Source of the DNA: a virus
DNA: 64,000 nt
Direction: 5' to 3' (one strand)
Virus record (IMG/VR): IMGVR_UViG_3300020183_000053
Span: 10,874 to 74,873 of that record
The notes under the pieces were generated by a model. It saw nothing but the letters and a program-made list of their open reading frames with translations, did no database searches and had not been told where the DNA came from. Within the stretch, counting starts at the first letter, position 1. Each line of letters starts with the position of its first letter. A program made the translations under genes and the position numbers. Shown here in pieces: positions 17,923-27,210 of this stretch.

Positions 17923-18251
17923 GCCGTGCGCTGGCGCCGCAGCTGCGCAAGGTGCAGCCCATCGGGCCGCACCACCACCTGCCTGCGGCACAGGTGGCAC
18001 AGCAGCACGATGGCGCTCCAGGGCGGCCTGCGGTCATCGGTCCCCGTTTTCCACTGGCTGCACAGCTGCGGGCGCACGCCCAGCAGCGCCGCAAGGTCTT
18101 TCGACCGGGTGCCAGGGTTCCGGCGGTGCCACTCCGCTGCCAGCTCGGCGAACACCTCCACCAGCGGCAGCTCCTGCCCAGCCTGCAGCTCGCGCAGCAG
18201 CTGCGCGTCGTGCTGCGGTGCCTCGTGTGCCTCGTCTTGCTCGTCGCTCAT
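17919..18251 (-). CDS. XRE/Cro-type HTH protein
   Basis: SKDLAALLGVRPQLCSQWKTG. Confidence 0.7.
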   Translation of the reverse strand: MSDEQDEAHEAPQHDAQLLRELQAGQELPLVEVFAELAAEWHRRNPGTRSKDLAALLGVRPQLCSQWKTGTDDRRPPWSAIVLLCHLCRRQVVVRPDGLHLAQLRRQRTA

Positions 18252-18739
18252 GCCACACCCTCCAGGCGCGCCCGCAGGCGCGCCACACGTCGCCGGGCAG
18301 AGAACGGCGCACAGCCGCACGCCTCGCCCAGTTCGTCACCGCTCAGCCCGTCCGCGTATGCAGTGGCTGCTGCCCACTCGTCAGGGCGGGCCATGCGCCG
18401 CGCCTGCGCCGCCAGCACCCAGGCCTCGGCCACCGGGTGCACCGCAGGGTGCAGGGCGTCCTCCAGCTCCACCTCGCCCTGCCTGCGGCGCCGCTGGTCC
18501 ATCATCGCGCTGCGCACCGCACGCGCCTGCCACCACACCCAGGTGCTGGGCTTCGCGACAGTGGCATCGTATGCGCGCCATCGCTCCACCAGCCGCACCA
18601 GCAGGCTGCTGTGCAGGTCGTCCGCGTCCAGCCCCGTGCCGCTGGCCATGCGCCACGCTGCGCACCGCACCACCTGTGCGTGCTGCAGCACCCAGCCCCA
18701 GGCCGCTGCACTGTCCTCGTTCTGTGTCCCGTGTGCCAT
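18248..18739 (-). CDS. Sigma-70/ECF-like RNA polymerase sigma factor
   Basis: Region 2-like DADDL...YDATVAKPSTW; region 4-like GLSGDELGEACG...RRRVARLR. Confidence 0.7.
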   Translation of the reverse strand: MAHGTQNEDSAAAWGWVLQHAQVVRCAAWRMASGTGLDADDLHSSLLVRLVERWRAYDATVAKPSTWVWWQARAVRSAMMDQRRRRQGEVELEDALHPAVHPVAEAWVLAAQARRMARPDEWAAATAYADGLSGDELGEACGCAPFSARRRVARLRARLEGVA

Positions 18740-18783
18740 TCTGTCCTCCTGCGGCTGTGCCGCTGCTGCTGACTGTTACCGGC

Positions 18784-18809
18784 TAACCGCTGCCAGGGTA
18801 GCGCGCAAG
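18784..18809 (-). promoter_or_regulatory. Class I repeated motif copy 4 (variant TACC-N9-GTTA)
   Basis: Upstream of the sigma gene; an extra half-site at 18775-18778. Confidence 0.6.
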
Positions 18810-19445
18810 CTACCCGTCGCGCGAACGTCGCCACAGGTATCCCACGCCGTCGAACGGTCCTGCGTGCGCGTCCCTGCGCCACTCGTCGGTGCCGTCGTAC
18901 TCGATGGACACTGCGTTCAGCACCACCGCCTCACCGTAGCCGGGCAGCGCCATCCACCCGTGCGCCCAGCCGGGCGGCACCACCACCTGCGCAGGGTTCC
19001 GCTGCGGGTGCAGCACCACCTCGTGCACCTGCAGGCCCACAGTGTGCCCCAGACGCTGCGCCCGCTCGGCGGCGATCACGTCGTAGAGCGCCAGCAGCAC
19101 AGCACCCTGCACCACCACGAACCTGTCGTGCTGGCGGGCGTGCAGGTGCCACCCCTTCACGACGCCCTCGGCGGTGGTGCTCAGGTAGACCTGCGCCACC
19201 TCGCCGCGCCTGGGCATCGGCACAGCGCCGGGCTGCACGTCCCTGTGCCAGCTCTCGCGGTGTGCCTCCACCAGCGCGCCACGCGCGTCCACGTGCCAGC
19301 GCAGCGGGCGCAGCTCCACCGGCTGGGCGTGGTACGGCTGGTCGCCGCCCAGGGTGCGCAGGGTGGGCGGTGTGGGTGCCTGCGGGGTGTGTGCGTGTCT
19401 GGTGTAGCCAGCCCGGTGGTAGATTTCGTCAGCGTCGTAGATCAC
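18810..19445 (-). CDS. rmlC: dTDP-4-dehydrorhamnose 3,5-epimerase-like cupin
   Basis: DARGALVE, QVYLS...GVVKGWHLH, VVPPGWAHGW; GTG start with AAGGAG. Confidence 0.8.
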   Translation of the reverse strand: MIYDADEIYHRAGYTRHAHTPQAPTPPTLRTLGGDQPYHAQPVELRPLRWHVDARGALVEAHRESWHRDVQPGAVPMPRRGEVAQVYLSTTAEGVVKGWHLHARQHDRFVVVQGAVLLALYDVIAAERAQRLGHTVGLQVHEVVLHPQRNPAQVVVPPGWAHGWMALPGYGEAVVLNAVSIEYDGTDEWRRDAHAGPFDGVGYLWRRSRDG

Positions 19446-19828
19446 GGGTGCTCCTTGATTGTGGGGAGTAGTTCGATGCTGGGCGGGTAGCCGTACACGC
19501 GCACCCACAGGTCGCGCAGGGTGCCGTAGACCGCCCCGCTGGGCTGCCCAGCGCGGCGCTCCAGCACGTGCCACAGGGCGGCGTCCACCGCCCCCACAGC
19601 GGGGTGCTGGGCGTACAGGGCGCGCAGGCGCGGGTCCAGGCGCTGCCAGCGGGCGGCCCACAGCAGCAGCCGCTGCAGCTGGGCATCGTCCAGCCCGCCC
19701 AGCCCTGCCAGCGCCAGCTGGGCGCCCTCCACCAGCGCGCCAGCCGGTGGCCACCAGCCAGCCAGATCGTGCAGGCGGGCGCACGCGCCCAGCACCTGCG
19801 CGGTGGCCAGCACCGGGTGCGGCGGCAC
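19442..19828 (-). CDS. Hypothetical protein
   Basis: Fills the gap between VWA and rmlC; stop overlaps the rmlC start. Confidence 0.5.
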   Translation of the reverse strand: MPPHPVLATAQVLGACARLHDLAGWWPPAGALVEGAQLALAGLGGLDDAQLQRLLLWAARWQRLDPRLRALYAQHPAVGAVDAALWHVLERRAGQPSGAVYGTLRDLWVRVYGYPPSIELLPTIKEHP

Positions 19829-19841
19829 CGGGCCGCCCTGG

Positions 19842-21326
19842 CTACGGGATCGCACCAGCCACCACCTTCCCGTCGTTAGCCCCGCTGGCGCTGTCCAGGT
19901 CCACCACGTGGTCGGCCAGCTGCTGCACGGCGTGGCCCAGGCTGCCACCACCCACCGTGAGGCCGAACACCCGCAGCCCGCCACGCTTGGCGGCCTGCAG
20001 GCGCTCCATCACGCTGGTGGGCGCCTCTGCGTGGCCATCGGTCACCAGCACGAGATCGGCGCGCTCTCGGGTCACGCCGTCCTCCAGCTCCAGCGCGGCC
20101 AGCAGCGGCGGCGCGAACCGGGTGCCGCCATCGGGGCGGCTGCTGGCCACGTGCAGCGCCACCTCGGCGCAGCCGCCCATCGCGGTGGCCTGCGCCACGT
20201 CGTGGGTGCTGTGCGACCACGCGCGCCCCTGCGCGTCCAGGCGCACCACGTAGCGCACCGCGCCATTGAAGCCGATCACGGTGCAGGCGCGGCGCTCACG
20301 GGCGGCGGTGCCGAGACAGGCGAGGGCGACCGCCGCAGCCCACAGACTGCGTTCACCCTCCATCGACCCGCTCTCGTCGAGCAGCACGACCACGGGGCCG
20401 CGACCCTGCGGAACCTGCCCGACCACGTGATACTGCTGCAGGCGGCGGTCGGCCAGCTTGGCAAGCTGCACCCGGCGCAGGCGCGGGTGGCGCAGCAGGC
20501 CCAGCTCGGTGGGCAGGGCGCGCGGCAGGTCGCCGCCGATGGTGGTGCCCACCAGCGTGTCCGCGCCCAGCTCGTCGCGCACCTTGCGGCCCTCGCTCGC
20601 AAGGCGGCGCAGGCGGCCCGCCAGCTTCATCACGCGCTTCAGCCGGGCGTCAGCAGCTACGCGCTCAGCCAGCGCCATGCGCGCGGCGCCGTCCTGCTGG
20701 TGCTGCGCGGGCGTGGCGCCCAGCCCAGGCGCCAGCCCCTCCAGGCCATCGGCGGCCTCGGCAGCAGCCTGGGCTGCATCGCTGCAGGCGGCCCGCAGGG
20801 CGCGGCGCAGGGCGCCGTCACCATCGGCAGCCGGGCCACGCTGGGCGCGCGCACCCAGCGCCTGCTGGGCCTGCTGCTGGGCCTGCTGGCGGTCCTGCTC
20901 GGCCACCTGCGGCAGCGCACCAGCCACACCACGCAGCAGCTGGGCAGTGGCCAGCGCCGCAAGGTCGGGGTCGCCCGCCACCTGCGCCTGCAGCTGCGCG
21001 AACTCGGGCAGCTGCTGCAGCTGGGCGTGCACGCGGGAAATCAGCTCGGTGTCGGGCGCGGGCTTCTCCAGCAGCTGCGCCTCGTCGGCGTCGTACAGGC
21101 CAGCGAACACTTCGCGGGCGGTGGCGGTGGCCAGCGCGTCCATCCGGCGCGCCTCGGCGGCGTCGGCGGTCTTGCCGTGCTGACGGTAAGCGCCCGCCAG
21201 GGTGCTGCGGGCACCGCGCAGCTCGGTGCTGGCGGCCTCACGGGTGGTGAACAGATAGTCGGCCCAGCGCGACACGGTGCGGGTGGCGTCGGTGTGGCGG
21301 GCGGTGGTGTAGGCTGCGGCGGTCAT
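19842..21326 (-). CDS. VWA-domain protein (ViaA/CoxE-like)
   Basis: MIDAS LLDESGSM, GGTRF, LVTDG; GGDLPRALPTEL. Confidence 0.88.
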   Translation of the reverse strand: MTAAAYTTARHTDATRTVSRWADYLFTTREAASTELRGARSTLAGAYRQHGKTADAAEARRMDALATATAREVFAGLYDADEAQLLEKPAPDTELISRVHAQLQQLPEFAQLQAQVAGDPDLAALATAQLLRGVAGALPQVAEQDRQQAQQQAQQALGARAQRGPAADGDGALRRALRAACSDAAQAAAEAADGLEGLAPGLGATPAQHQQDGAARMALAERVAADARLKRVMKLAGRLRRLASEGRKVRDELGADTLVGTTIGGDLPRALPTELGLLRHPRLRRVQLAKLADRRLQQYHVVGQVPQGRGPVVVLLDESGSMEGERSLWAAAVALACLGTAARERRACTVIGFNGAVRYVVRLDAQGRAWSHSTHDVAQATAMGGCAEVALHVASSRPDGGTRFAPPLLAALELEDGVTRERADLVLVTDGHAEAPTSVMERLQAAKRGGLRVFGLTVGGGSLGHAVQQLADHVVDLDSASGANDGKVVAGAIP

Positions 21327-21353
21327 GCGGTCCTCCTGCTGACGCATAGCCTG

Positions 21354-21380
21354 TAACCGGGCAGCGGTTAGGCGCGCAAG
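21354..21380 (-). promoter_or_regulatory. Class I repeated motif copy 5
   Basis: CTTGCGCgccTAACcgctgcccgGTTA. Confidence 0.7.
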
Positions 21381-21465
21381 GCGGCGTGTGCAGATTGTGC
21401 GCAGAAAAGTGGAAGCGCCCGCACCGGGTGGGCGCGGGCGCGTGCAGGGTGGCCTGCTGGTGCGG

Positions 21466-22602
21466 TTAGGCGCCCAGCCCGCTGCCCAGCCCGCTGGCGG
21501 TCATGAAGCGCCGGGCCAGCCCCTTTCGCAGCTCAGCCACCTGCGCGTGGCAGGCGGCCACGTCCACGTCGGCCAGCCCCAGCTGCACCAGCTCGGCCTC
21601 CACCGCCTTGATCCGCTGCAGGGCGCGTGCACCGTCCGCAGCCACGTCTCGCACGGCGTCGTACACCTCGCGGGCGCTGTCGGCCAGCTTGGTCGCGGCG
21701 GCCAGCTGCGGAGCGGCCACCGCCAGCACCGTGGCCAGCACAGCGGGGCGCTGCTCGTGGCGGTGCCACACGCTGTCGGCCAGCACCAGCAGGTCGCGGG
21801 CGGTGGCCACGTCGCGCCCGTCCAGCGCGGCGCTGGCCTGCAGCAGCCGCACCATCCCGCGCAGGCGGCGGTCGGACACCGTGATGCCGTTGTCGCGCGC
21901 CAGCGCGTCGGCCACGTCGCACAGCAGCTCCAGCACCTGCTGCGGCACCACCACGTCGCGCACCGCCTGCTGCAGCAGCTGCACGCTGTCGGTGGGCAGC
22001 TTGGCGGTCACCACCTGCGCCGGGTCAGCAGCGGTCAGCAGCGCCAGCCGCCCCGCACGGGTGGGCACGTACTGCGTCCAGTAACGCAAGGTGAAGCGGT
22101 CGTAGAGCGCCTCCAGGCTGGCGTCCTCGGGGTATTCGTTGCTCGCCCCCACGCACAGCTCCAGCGGCAGCTGCAGGCGGGCGGTGCCGTTGTCGAACTG
22201 GCGCTCGTTCAGCACGGTCAGCAGGCTGTTCAGGATGGCGCTGTTCGCCTTGAACACTTCGTCGCAGAACGCCACCGTGGCGGTGGGCAGGTAGCCCTGC
22301 ACGGCGCGCTCGTAGCGGCCCGCGTCCAGGGCGCCCAGGTCATAGGGTCCGAACAGCTCCTCGGGCGCGGTGAACGCGGTCAGCAGGCGCTGGAAGTATT
22401 CGCCGCCCAGGGCGCTGGCGAACACCTGGGTCACCAGCGACTTGGCGGTGCCAGGAGGCCCCAGCAGCAGCACGTGCGTGCGGGCCAGCAGGGCGAGCAG
22501 CAGCCCGTCAATCTCGGCGTCGCGGGCAACGAACGCGCCCTTCATCTGCGTGCGGAGGGTGGACAGCTGGGTGCGGGCGGTGGCGAGGGTGGTGGTGGTC
22601 AC
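21466..22602 (-). CDS. MoxR-family AAA+ ATPase (RavA-like)
   Basis: LLGPPGTAKS, PEELFGP, DEVFKANSAILNSLL, GASNE, ALYDRF, VSDRR. Confidence 0.92.
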   Translation of the reverse strand: MTTTTLATARTQLSTLRTQMKGAFVARDAEIDGLLLALLARTHVLLLGPPGTAKSLVTQVFASALGGEYFQRLLTAFTAPEELFGPYDLGALDAGRYERAVQGYLPTATVAFCDEVFKANSAILNSLLTVLNERQFDNGTARLQLPLELCVGASNEYPEDASLEALYDRFTLRYWTQYVPTRAGRLALLTAADPAQVVTAKLPTDSVQLLQQAVRDVVVPQQVLELLCDVADALARDNGITVSDRRLRGMVRLLQASAALDGRDVATARDLLVLADSVWHRHEQRPAVLATVLAVAAPQLAAATKLADSAREVYDAVRDVAADGARALQRIKAVEAELVQLGLADVDVAACHAQVAELRKGLARRFMTASGLGSGLGA

Positions 22603-22667
22603 GTGGTGCTCCTGCGGTGGTGTGGCTGCGGTGGTGGTGGGCGGCTGCCCTGCTGACACCACCTGTG

Positions 22668-22694
22668 TAACGCCTTCGCGGTTAGGCGCGCAAG
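22668..22694 (-). promoter_or_regulatory. Class I repeated motif copy 6
   Basis: CTTGCGCgccTAACcgcgaaggcGTTA. Confidence 0.7.
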
Positions 22695-22767
22695 GTGCAG
22701 CACGCAAAAAAGAGCGACGCCGTGCTGGCGGTGCACCAGCACGGCGTTCTGGGCGCGCGCCGCGCCG

Positions 22768-23856
22768 TTAGGCGGCCTGCGCTTCCATGGCGCTGGCCAG
22801 CGCCTCCACCAGCGCCTCGCGGTCGCTGGGCTGCTCGCCGCTGCCCAGGGCGTCCCACAGCGTGCCCAGCTGCGCGGCGCTCATGGCACGCAGCGCGGCG
22901 CGGCGGGCGGCCTGCGGGGTGGCTGCAGGTGCGGCCACCTGCTCGGCCTTGCGGGTGCTGGTGCGGCTGTCGGCCTCCACGTCCTTGGCGGCGATGATGT
23001 CCTCGGCCAGCGCTTGCATCTCGGCCACGTCTGCCTCGATGTCCTCCACGGCCACCTGCAGCGCCTCGCGGTACAGCGCGGCGCGCTGGGCGATGGTGCT
23101 GAACCGGGCCAGCACGTGCTCCTGCGTGTCGGTGCGCACGCGCTTGGCCATGTCGCGCCAGCCCTCAATCTGCACGCGCAGCTCGTCAAGGTCGTTGCGC
23201 AGCTCGGTGCGGCTGGCCTCGGCCAGCGGCTGCTCCCAGCCCTGCCCAGCCTGCACCTGGGCCACCTGCACGCGGAAGCTGTCCAGGCCAGCCAGCGCAC
23301 GCTGGGCCTCCACCACCGGGCCGCAGCTCACGTGCGGCACCACGTGCATCCCGCGCCGCAGGGTGAAGCTGCGGGCGCGCTCCAGGGCGGGCACCACCAG
23401 CAGGTCGCGCACGCTGTTCCCGTCCAGGTACGCCATCAGCTCGGCGGCGTTGGCGCGCAGGGTGGCGGCCTCCTGGGTCAGCCCGGTGGTGTGCCACGTG
23501 GCGGCCACCTTGTCCCACACCAGCTCGTCGGTGGGCAGCTTGGCCACGCGCTCGCGGGCCTGCTGGGTCAGGGTCAGCAGGTTCACCACCACGTGCGTGT
23601 CGTTCTCGTGGGCGATGGCGGCCTCCATCGTCACCCGCTTGCCCTCGTGCACGCGGAACTCGCGCACTGCACGGCGCACCGCGTCGGTGGGGTCAATGTC
23701 CTTGACGGTGGCGGGGTTGCCACCAGCGGCGGCCACGCGGGTGCGCAGCTCGGCGGGCGTGATGGCGGTGCCGCTGAACTCCCACCAGACAAGGCTGGCG
23801 AGGCCGCTGGTCACGGTGGCGAGGCTGTCGGTGGTGGTGGCGAGGGTGGTGGTCAT
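22768..23856 (-). CDS. Hypothetical phage protein (possibly DUF6744-like) with coiled-coil C-terminus
   Basis: ATG with AGGAG; LVWWEFS N-terminal pattern; family assignment tentative. Confidence 0.6.
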   Translation of the reverse strand: MTTTLATTTDSLATVTSGLASLVWWEFSGTAITPAELRTRVAAAGGNPATVKDIDPTDAVRRAVREFRVHEGKRVTMEAAIAHENDTHVVVNLLTLTQQARERVAKLPTDELVWDKVAATWHTTGLTQEAATLRANAAELMAYLDGNSVRDLLVVPALERARSFTLRRGMHVVPHVSCGPVVEAQRALAGLDSFRVQVAQVQAGQGWEQPLAEASRTELRNDLDELRVQIEGWRDMAKRVRTDTQEHVLARFSTIAQRAALYREALQVAVEDIEADVAEMQALAEDIIAAKDVEADSRTSTRKAEQVAAPAATPQAARRAALRAMSAAQLGTLWDALGSGEQPSDREALVEALASAMEAQAA

Positions 23857-23925
23857 GTGCTGCTCCTGCTGCTGGCCTGCTGTGGTGGTTGCTGACTGCG
23901 GTGCACCAGCACCGTGCACAGCCAC

Positions 23926-23950
23926 TAACCGGGTGCCAGTTACGCGCAAG
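23926..23950 (-). promoter_or_regulatory. Class I repeated motif copy 7 (shorter spacer)
   Basis: CTTGCGCgTAACtggcacccgGTTA. Confidence 0.6.
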
Positions 23951-23968
23951 GCAGAAAGCTGCAGAAAG

Positions 23969-24676
23969 TTAGAGCGAGCGCCACGCAGTATCGGCAGGCT
24001 GCACTGGAAGCCGCCGCAGCTCGGCATCCTTGCGCGATGTGACGATGCGCTGCAGCGCCGGGTGCTGCGGGTAGCGCGTGGCCAGCAGCTGGGCGGGCGT
24101 GACCGGGTGCGGGCCGCCCAGCTCCACCACCCGCTGCAGCTGGTGCGCAGGGTAGCCTGCCCAGGTGCCCAGCAGCGGCACCAGCTCGTCCACCCAGCAG
24201 CGGTGAGCGTAGCTGTAGCCGTTGGCCCACTGCCAGCCTGCCACCTGCTCGGGCGTGGTGAACGCCACCCGCGCCACGTAGCCACCCGCCAGCAGCACCA
24301 GCTGCTCGGCCACCAGCTTAGCGGCGGCGTACACTCCAGCGGCATCCTGGCGCAGCACGGCGTGCACGTAGTCGGTGGACACGTACAGCAGCGGCACCTG
24401 CGCGTCGGTGGCCGCAGCGATGGCGTGCTGCGTGGTGAGCACCGTGTCGCGCACGCAGGCGCCCGGCTGCAGCTGGGCACGTGCCACGTCGGTCCAGCTG
24501 GCCAGCAGCAGCAGCCGGTGCGGCTGGTGCTGTGCCACTGCTGCCTGCACCTGTGTGGGTTCCGCCCAGTCCACCTCGTCGCGGGGCGGTGCCACCACGT
24601 CGTGGTCACGCTCGCGCAGCCACGCCACCAGCAGGCGCCCCAGGCGCCCACCACCACCGCTCATCAGCACACGCAT
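23969..24676 (-). CDS. rmlD: dTDP-4-dehydrorhamnose reductase-like SDR
   Basis: GGGGRLG, ASWTDV, YVSTDYV, YAAAK. Confidence 0.75.
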   Translation of the reverse strand: MRVLMSGGGGRLGRLLVAWLRERDHDVVAPPRDEVDWAEPTQVQAAVAQHQPHRLLLLASWTDVARAQLQPGACVRDTVLTTQHAIAAATDAQVPLLYVSTDYVHAVLRQDAAGVYAAAKLVAEQLVLLAGGYVARVAFTTPEQVAGWQWANGYSYAHRCWVDELVPLLGTWAGYPAHQLQRVVELGGPHPVTPAQLLATRYPQHPALQRIVTSRKDAELRRLPVQPADTAWRSL

Positions 24677-24711
24677 CGGCCACCTCCGCAGCGGGCGTAG
24701 CCTGCCGCCTG

Positions 24712-25104
24712 TCAATCGTCCTCGATAGCCAGCTCTGCCAGCGCGGCAGCCTCCACGGCCCGACACTCGGGGCGCTGCGCGGTGCTCTGGCCGAACTGCA
24801 GGCAGGTGGCCCAGGCGCACAGCGCGGTGCGCGGGTCGCCGCCTGCATCCCTGCGGCACTGCACAGGGACGCGCGCCAGCTCGCTGCGCGTCTCCGCGTC
24901 CAGCACCACCGGGCGGGCGCTGGCTTCCGCCAGCTGCACCTGCCCAGCCACCAGCTGCGCCTGCCCAGCCTGCAGCGTGGCCAGCGCCGCCCCCTGCGCC
25001 TCCAGCGCGTCGGCGGTGCCGTCTGGCTTCAGTCCCCAGCCAGCACCGAACCCTGCGGCCAGCGCCGCCACCACAGCCACCACCACCAGAGACACAGGCT
25101 CCAC
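24712..25104 (-). CDS. Membrane-anchored protein after the endolysin (possible spanin)
   Basis: N-terminal TM, coiled segment, 4 Cys; position in lysis cassette; alternative start at 25119. Confidence 0.45.
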   Translation of the reverse strand: MEPVSLVVVAVVAALAAGFGAGWGLKPDGTADALEAQGAALATLQAGQAQLVAGQVQLAEASARPVVLDAETRSELARVPVQCRRDAGGDPRTALCAWATCLQFGQSTAQRPECRAVEAAALAELAIEDD

Positions 25105-25115
25105 GCGCACCTCAC

Positions 25116-25922
25116 TCACGCAGCGGGCAGCGCCAGCAGGCGCGGCCACACGGTTACGTCCTCACGCTGCACCAGGGTGCGCGCTTGCTCGTCGTTCAGC
25201 AGCAGCGCCGTGCACAGGGCGGCGCGTGTCTTGGCGCCCACAGCCCCGTCGATGGTGCCGATGTCGTGGCCAGCCCGCTGCAGCAGCGCCTGCGTGACGC
25301 TGGCCCAGCTTGTCCCGGTGCCTGCGTGCCCCACCAGCAGCGCGCCAGCGAACCCTGCCTGCTCGTACCCCAGGCGGTTCCGCACGCCCCGCAGGTCGCC
25401 CCAGCAGTCCAGGTGCCACGCCTCGCTGGCGCGCTCGTCCGGCTGGCGGATCACCGGGGTCCACCCACAGGCCGCAGCCAGATCCCACAGCCTGTCCAGC
25501 TGCCTGTCGGCAGCCACCCCAGGGAACTTGAGCGCACCCAGGTTCACGTCAATGGCGCGGCCTGCGTTGTGTAGGCTTCGCCCAGGCATGGCCACGAACG
25601 CCGACTTCATGGTGGTCGAATCGAACCCTGGGCTGCCCGCTGCCGGGCGGCCAGCAGCGAGCCAACGATCATATTTTGCACGTGCAGCCTGCTGCACGGC
25701 CACGTCACGGTGCAGCTCGGTCACCCTGAAGTCCCCACCAGCCGCCTGCACCGCTTCGTGCAGTGCCAGCAGCGCGGCAGCAGTGTCGGCAGTGGCTACC
25801 CCAGCACGCCCCAGCTGGGCAAGCGGGCGCAGGTCCGCACGCGGGCCGCTGGTGCCTCCCTTGCGGCTGTAGCTGGAGAGGATGCGCGGGTCCACGGCCA
25901 CAAGGCTGACGGGTGCGGTCAT
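25116..25922 (-). CDS. Endolysin: M15-family Zn peptidase plus peptidoglycan-binding domain
   Basis: PGRSLHNAGRAID, EAWH; C-terminal QALL...G.IDG.VGAKT. Confidence 0.82.
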   Translation of the reverse strand: MTAPVSLVAVDPRILSSYSRKGGTSGPRADLRPLAQLGRAGVATADTAAALLALHEAVQAAGGDFRVTELHRDVAVQQAARAKYDRWLAAGRPAAGSPGFDSTTMKSAFVAMPGRSLHNAGRAIDVNLGALKFPGVAADRQLDRLWDLAAACGWTPVIRQPDERASEAWHLDCWGDLRGVRNRLGYEQAGFAGALLVGHAGTGTSWASVTQALLQRAGHDIGTIDGAVGAKTRAALCTALLLNDEQARTLVQREDVTVWPRLLALPAA

Positions 25923-26395
25923 GTGTCCCCCTGGGTGGGCGGTGGCAGCGGTGCCTGCGGTGGCGGCACCGCGCGCGTGCCGAAGTAGTACGAAAAGACC
26001 ATCAAGCACGTGTCTTTCACGAACGCCAGGATGCTGGTGTGGTCACTCTCTGCCAGCAGGCTGGTGTCAGGCCCAGCCACCAGCAGGTCGGCGATGAACG
26101 CACCCACCACCAGCGCCACCATCGTGGTGACGAACTGTGTGAGGGCAGCGTGCTCGTCCCTGCTGCGCGCGTAGATGCGGGCTACCGCCCACAGCACCCC
26201 ACCGATAATCGCGGCGGCCAGCGCGATGGCCAGCAGTGTGCCGCCCTGGCTGTCGTACAGGCTCGGATAAGACCGCACGTGCGGCGGCTCCACCACCTCA
26301 GCCTGCTGCCCGCTGGGTGCGGGTTCTGGTGTGGGTGCGGTTAGGGTCGGGTCAGGAACCATCTGCCAGTCTGTCGGCGGCACCGGGTCCATCAC
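25919..26395 (-). CDS. Holin-like membrane protein
   Basis: About 3 TM segments, FSYYFG motif, upstream of the endolysin. Confidence 0.65.
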   Translation of the reverse strand: MMDPVPPTDWQMVPDPTLTAPTPEPAPSGQQAEVVEPPHVRSYPSLYDSQGGTLLAIALAAAIIGGVLWAVARIYARSRDEHAALTQFVTTMVALVVGAFIADLLVAGPDTSLLAESDHTSILAFVKDTCLMVFSYYFGTRAVPPPQAPLPPPTQGDT

Positions 26396-26613
26396 ACCCT
26401 CAATCGCGCCACAGCTACCTGCAGCACAGGCTGCGGGGCTGGCGCGTGTGTGGGTGTGGGCACGGCGGTGGGTGTGGGTGGTGCAGCCTGCAGGGCGTCC
26501 TGCGGTGCCCGCAGCAGCGGCGGCGCGCTGCCCAGCTCCACGCGGCAGGTGCGCACGTCATCACGTGCAGCCAGCACCAGGGCGAGCAGCTGCTCGCGCA
26601 CGCTTGCGGTCAT
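26392..26613 (-). CDS. Hypothetical protein
   Basis: Overlapping start/stop tiling. Confidence 0.5.
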   Translation of the reverse strand: MTASVREQLLALVLAARDDVRTCRVELGSAPPLLRAPQDALQAAPPTPTAVPTPTHAPAPQPVLQVAVARLRV

Positions 26614-26912
26614 GGCAGGCGCTCCAGTGTGTTGTGGATCTGCTGCAGGTTGTGATCCACGCTGGTCAGGCGCTGGTCGATACGCGCCAGCAGCTGCTGG
26701 TCGGCACGCTGGTGCTGCTCCAGGGTGGCCACACGGGTGACAAGCTGGGCGCCCTCGGTGCGGTCACTCACCGTTTTCAGCTCGTCAAGCCTGCGGTGCA
26801 GGGTGGCCACGTGTTCGCGGGTGCGGTCGCTGGCGCGTGTCCACACCCGCTCCAGCATCACCAGCACCGACAGCCCCAGGCCCAGCCAGGGAACCGCGTC
26901 GGCGGCGGTCAC
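26610..26912 (-). CDS. TM plus coiled-coil small protein (lysis region)
   Basis: N-terminal hydrophobic helix, heptad-like C-terminus. Confidence 0.55.
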   Translation of the reverse strand: MTAADAVPWLGLGLSVLVMLERVWTRASDRTREHVATLHRRLDELKTVSDRTEGAQLVTRVATLEQHQRADQQLLARIDQRLTSVDHNLQQIHNTLERLP

Positions 26913-27208
26913 GGCTGCGCCCTGCGCCGTGCTGGCGGCACTGCTTCGGGCGGTGGTGTGGCCGCTGTGGCTGCCAGCACGGCAGGCGCCAGCGCGTCGG
27001 TGGTGGCCTCACGGCCCTCCACCACGTAGCGCAGGTCAGCCTGCCGTACCGTCAGCGTGTGCACGTGCACGTCGGGGTGCTCGGGGTCGTTGACACCCTG
27101 CACACCCAGCAGCACCACCATCCCCTGGAGGAACGGGTGCCGCCCCAGGGAAGTGGCGCGCAGCGTCACCTCCCCGGTGGGGCTGGCCCAGCGTGCGAGC
27201 ACAGGCAC
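26909..27208 (-). CDS. Hypothetical protein
   Basis: Tiling between the fibre gene and lysis genes. Confidence 0.5.
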   Translation of the reverse strand: MPVLARWASPTGEVTLRATSLGRHPFLQGMVVLLGVQGVNDPEHPDVHVHTLTVRQADLRYVVEGREATTDALAPAVLAATAATPPPEAVPPARRRAQP

Positions 27209-27210
27209 TA

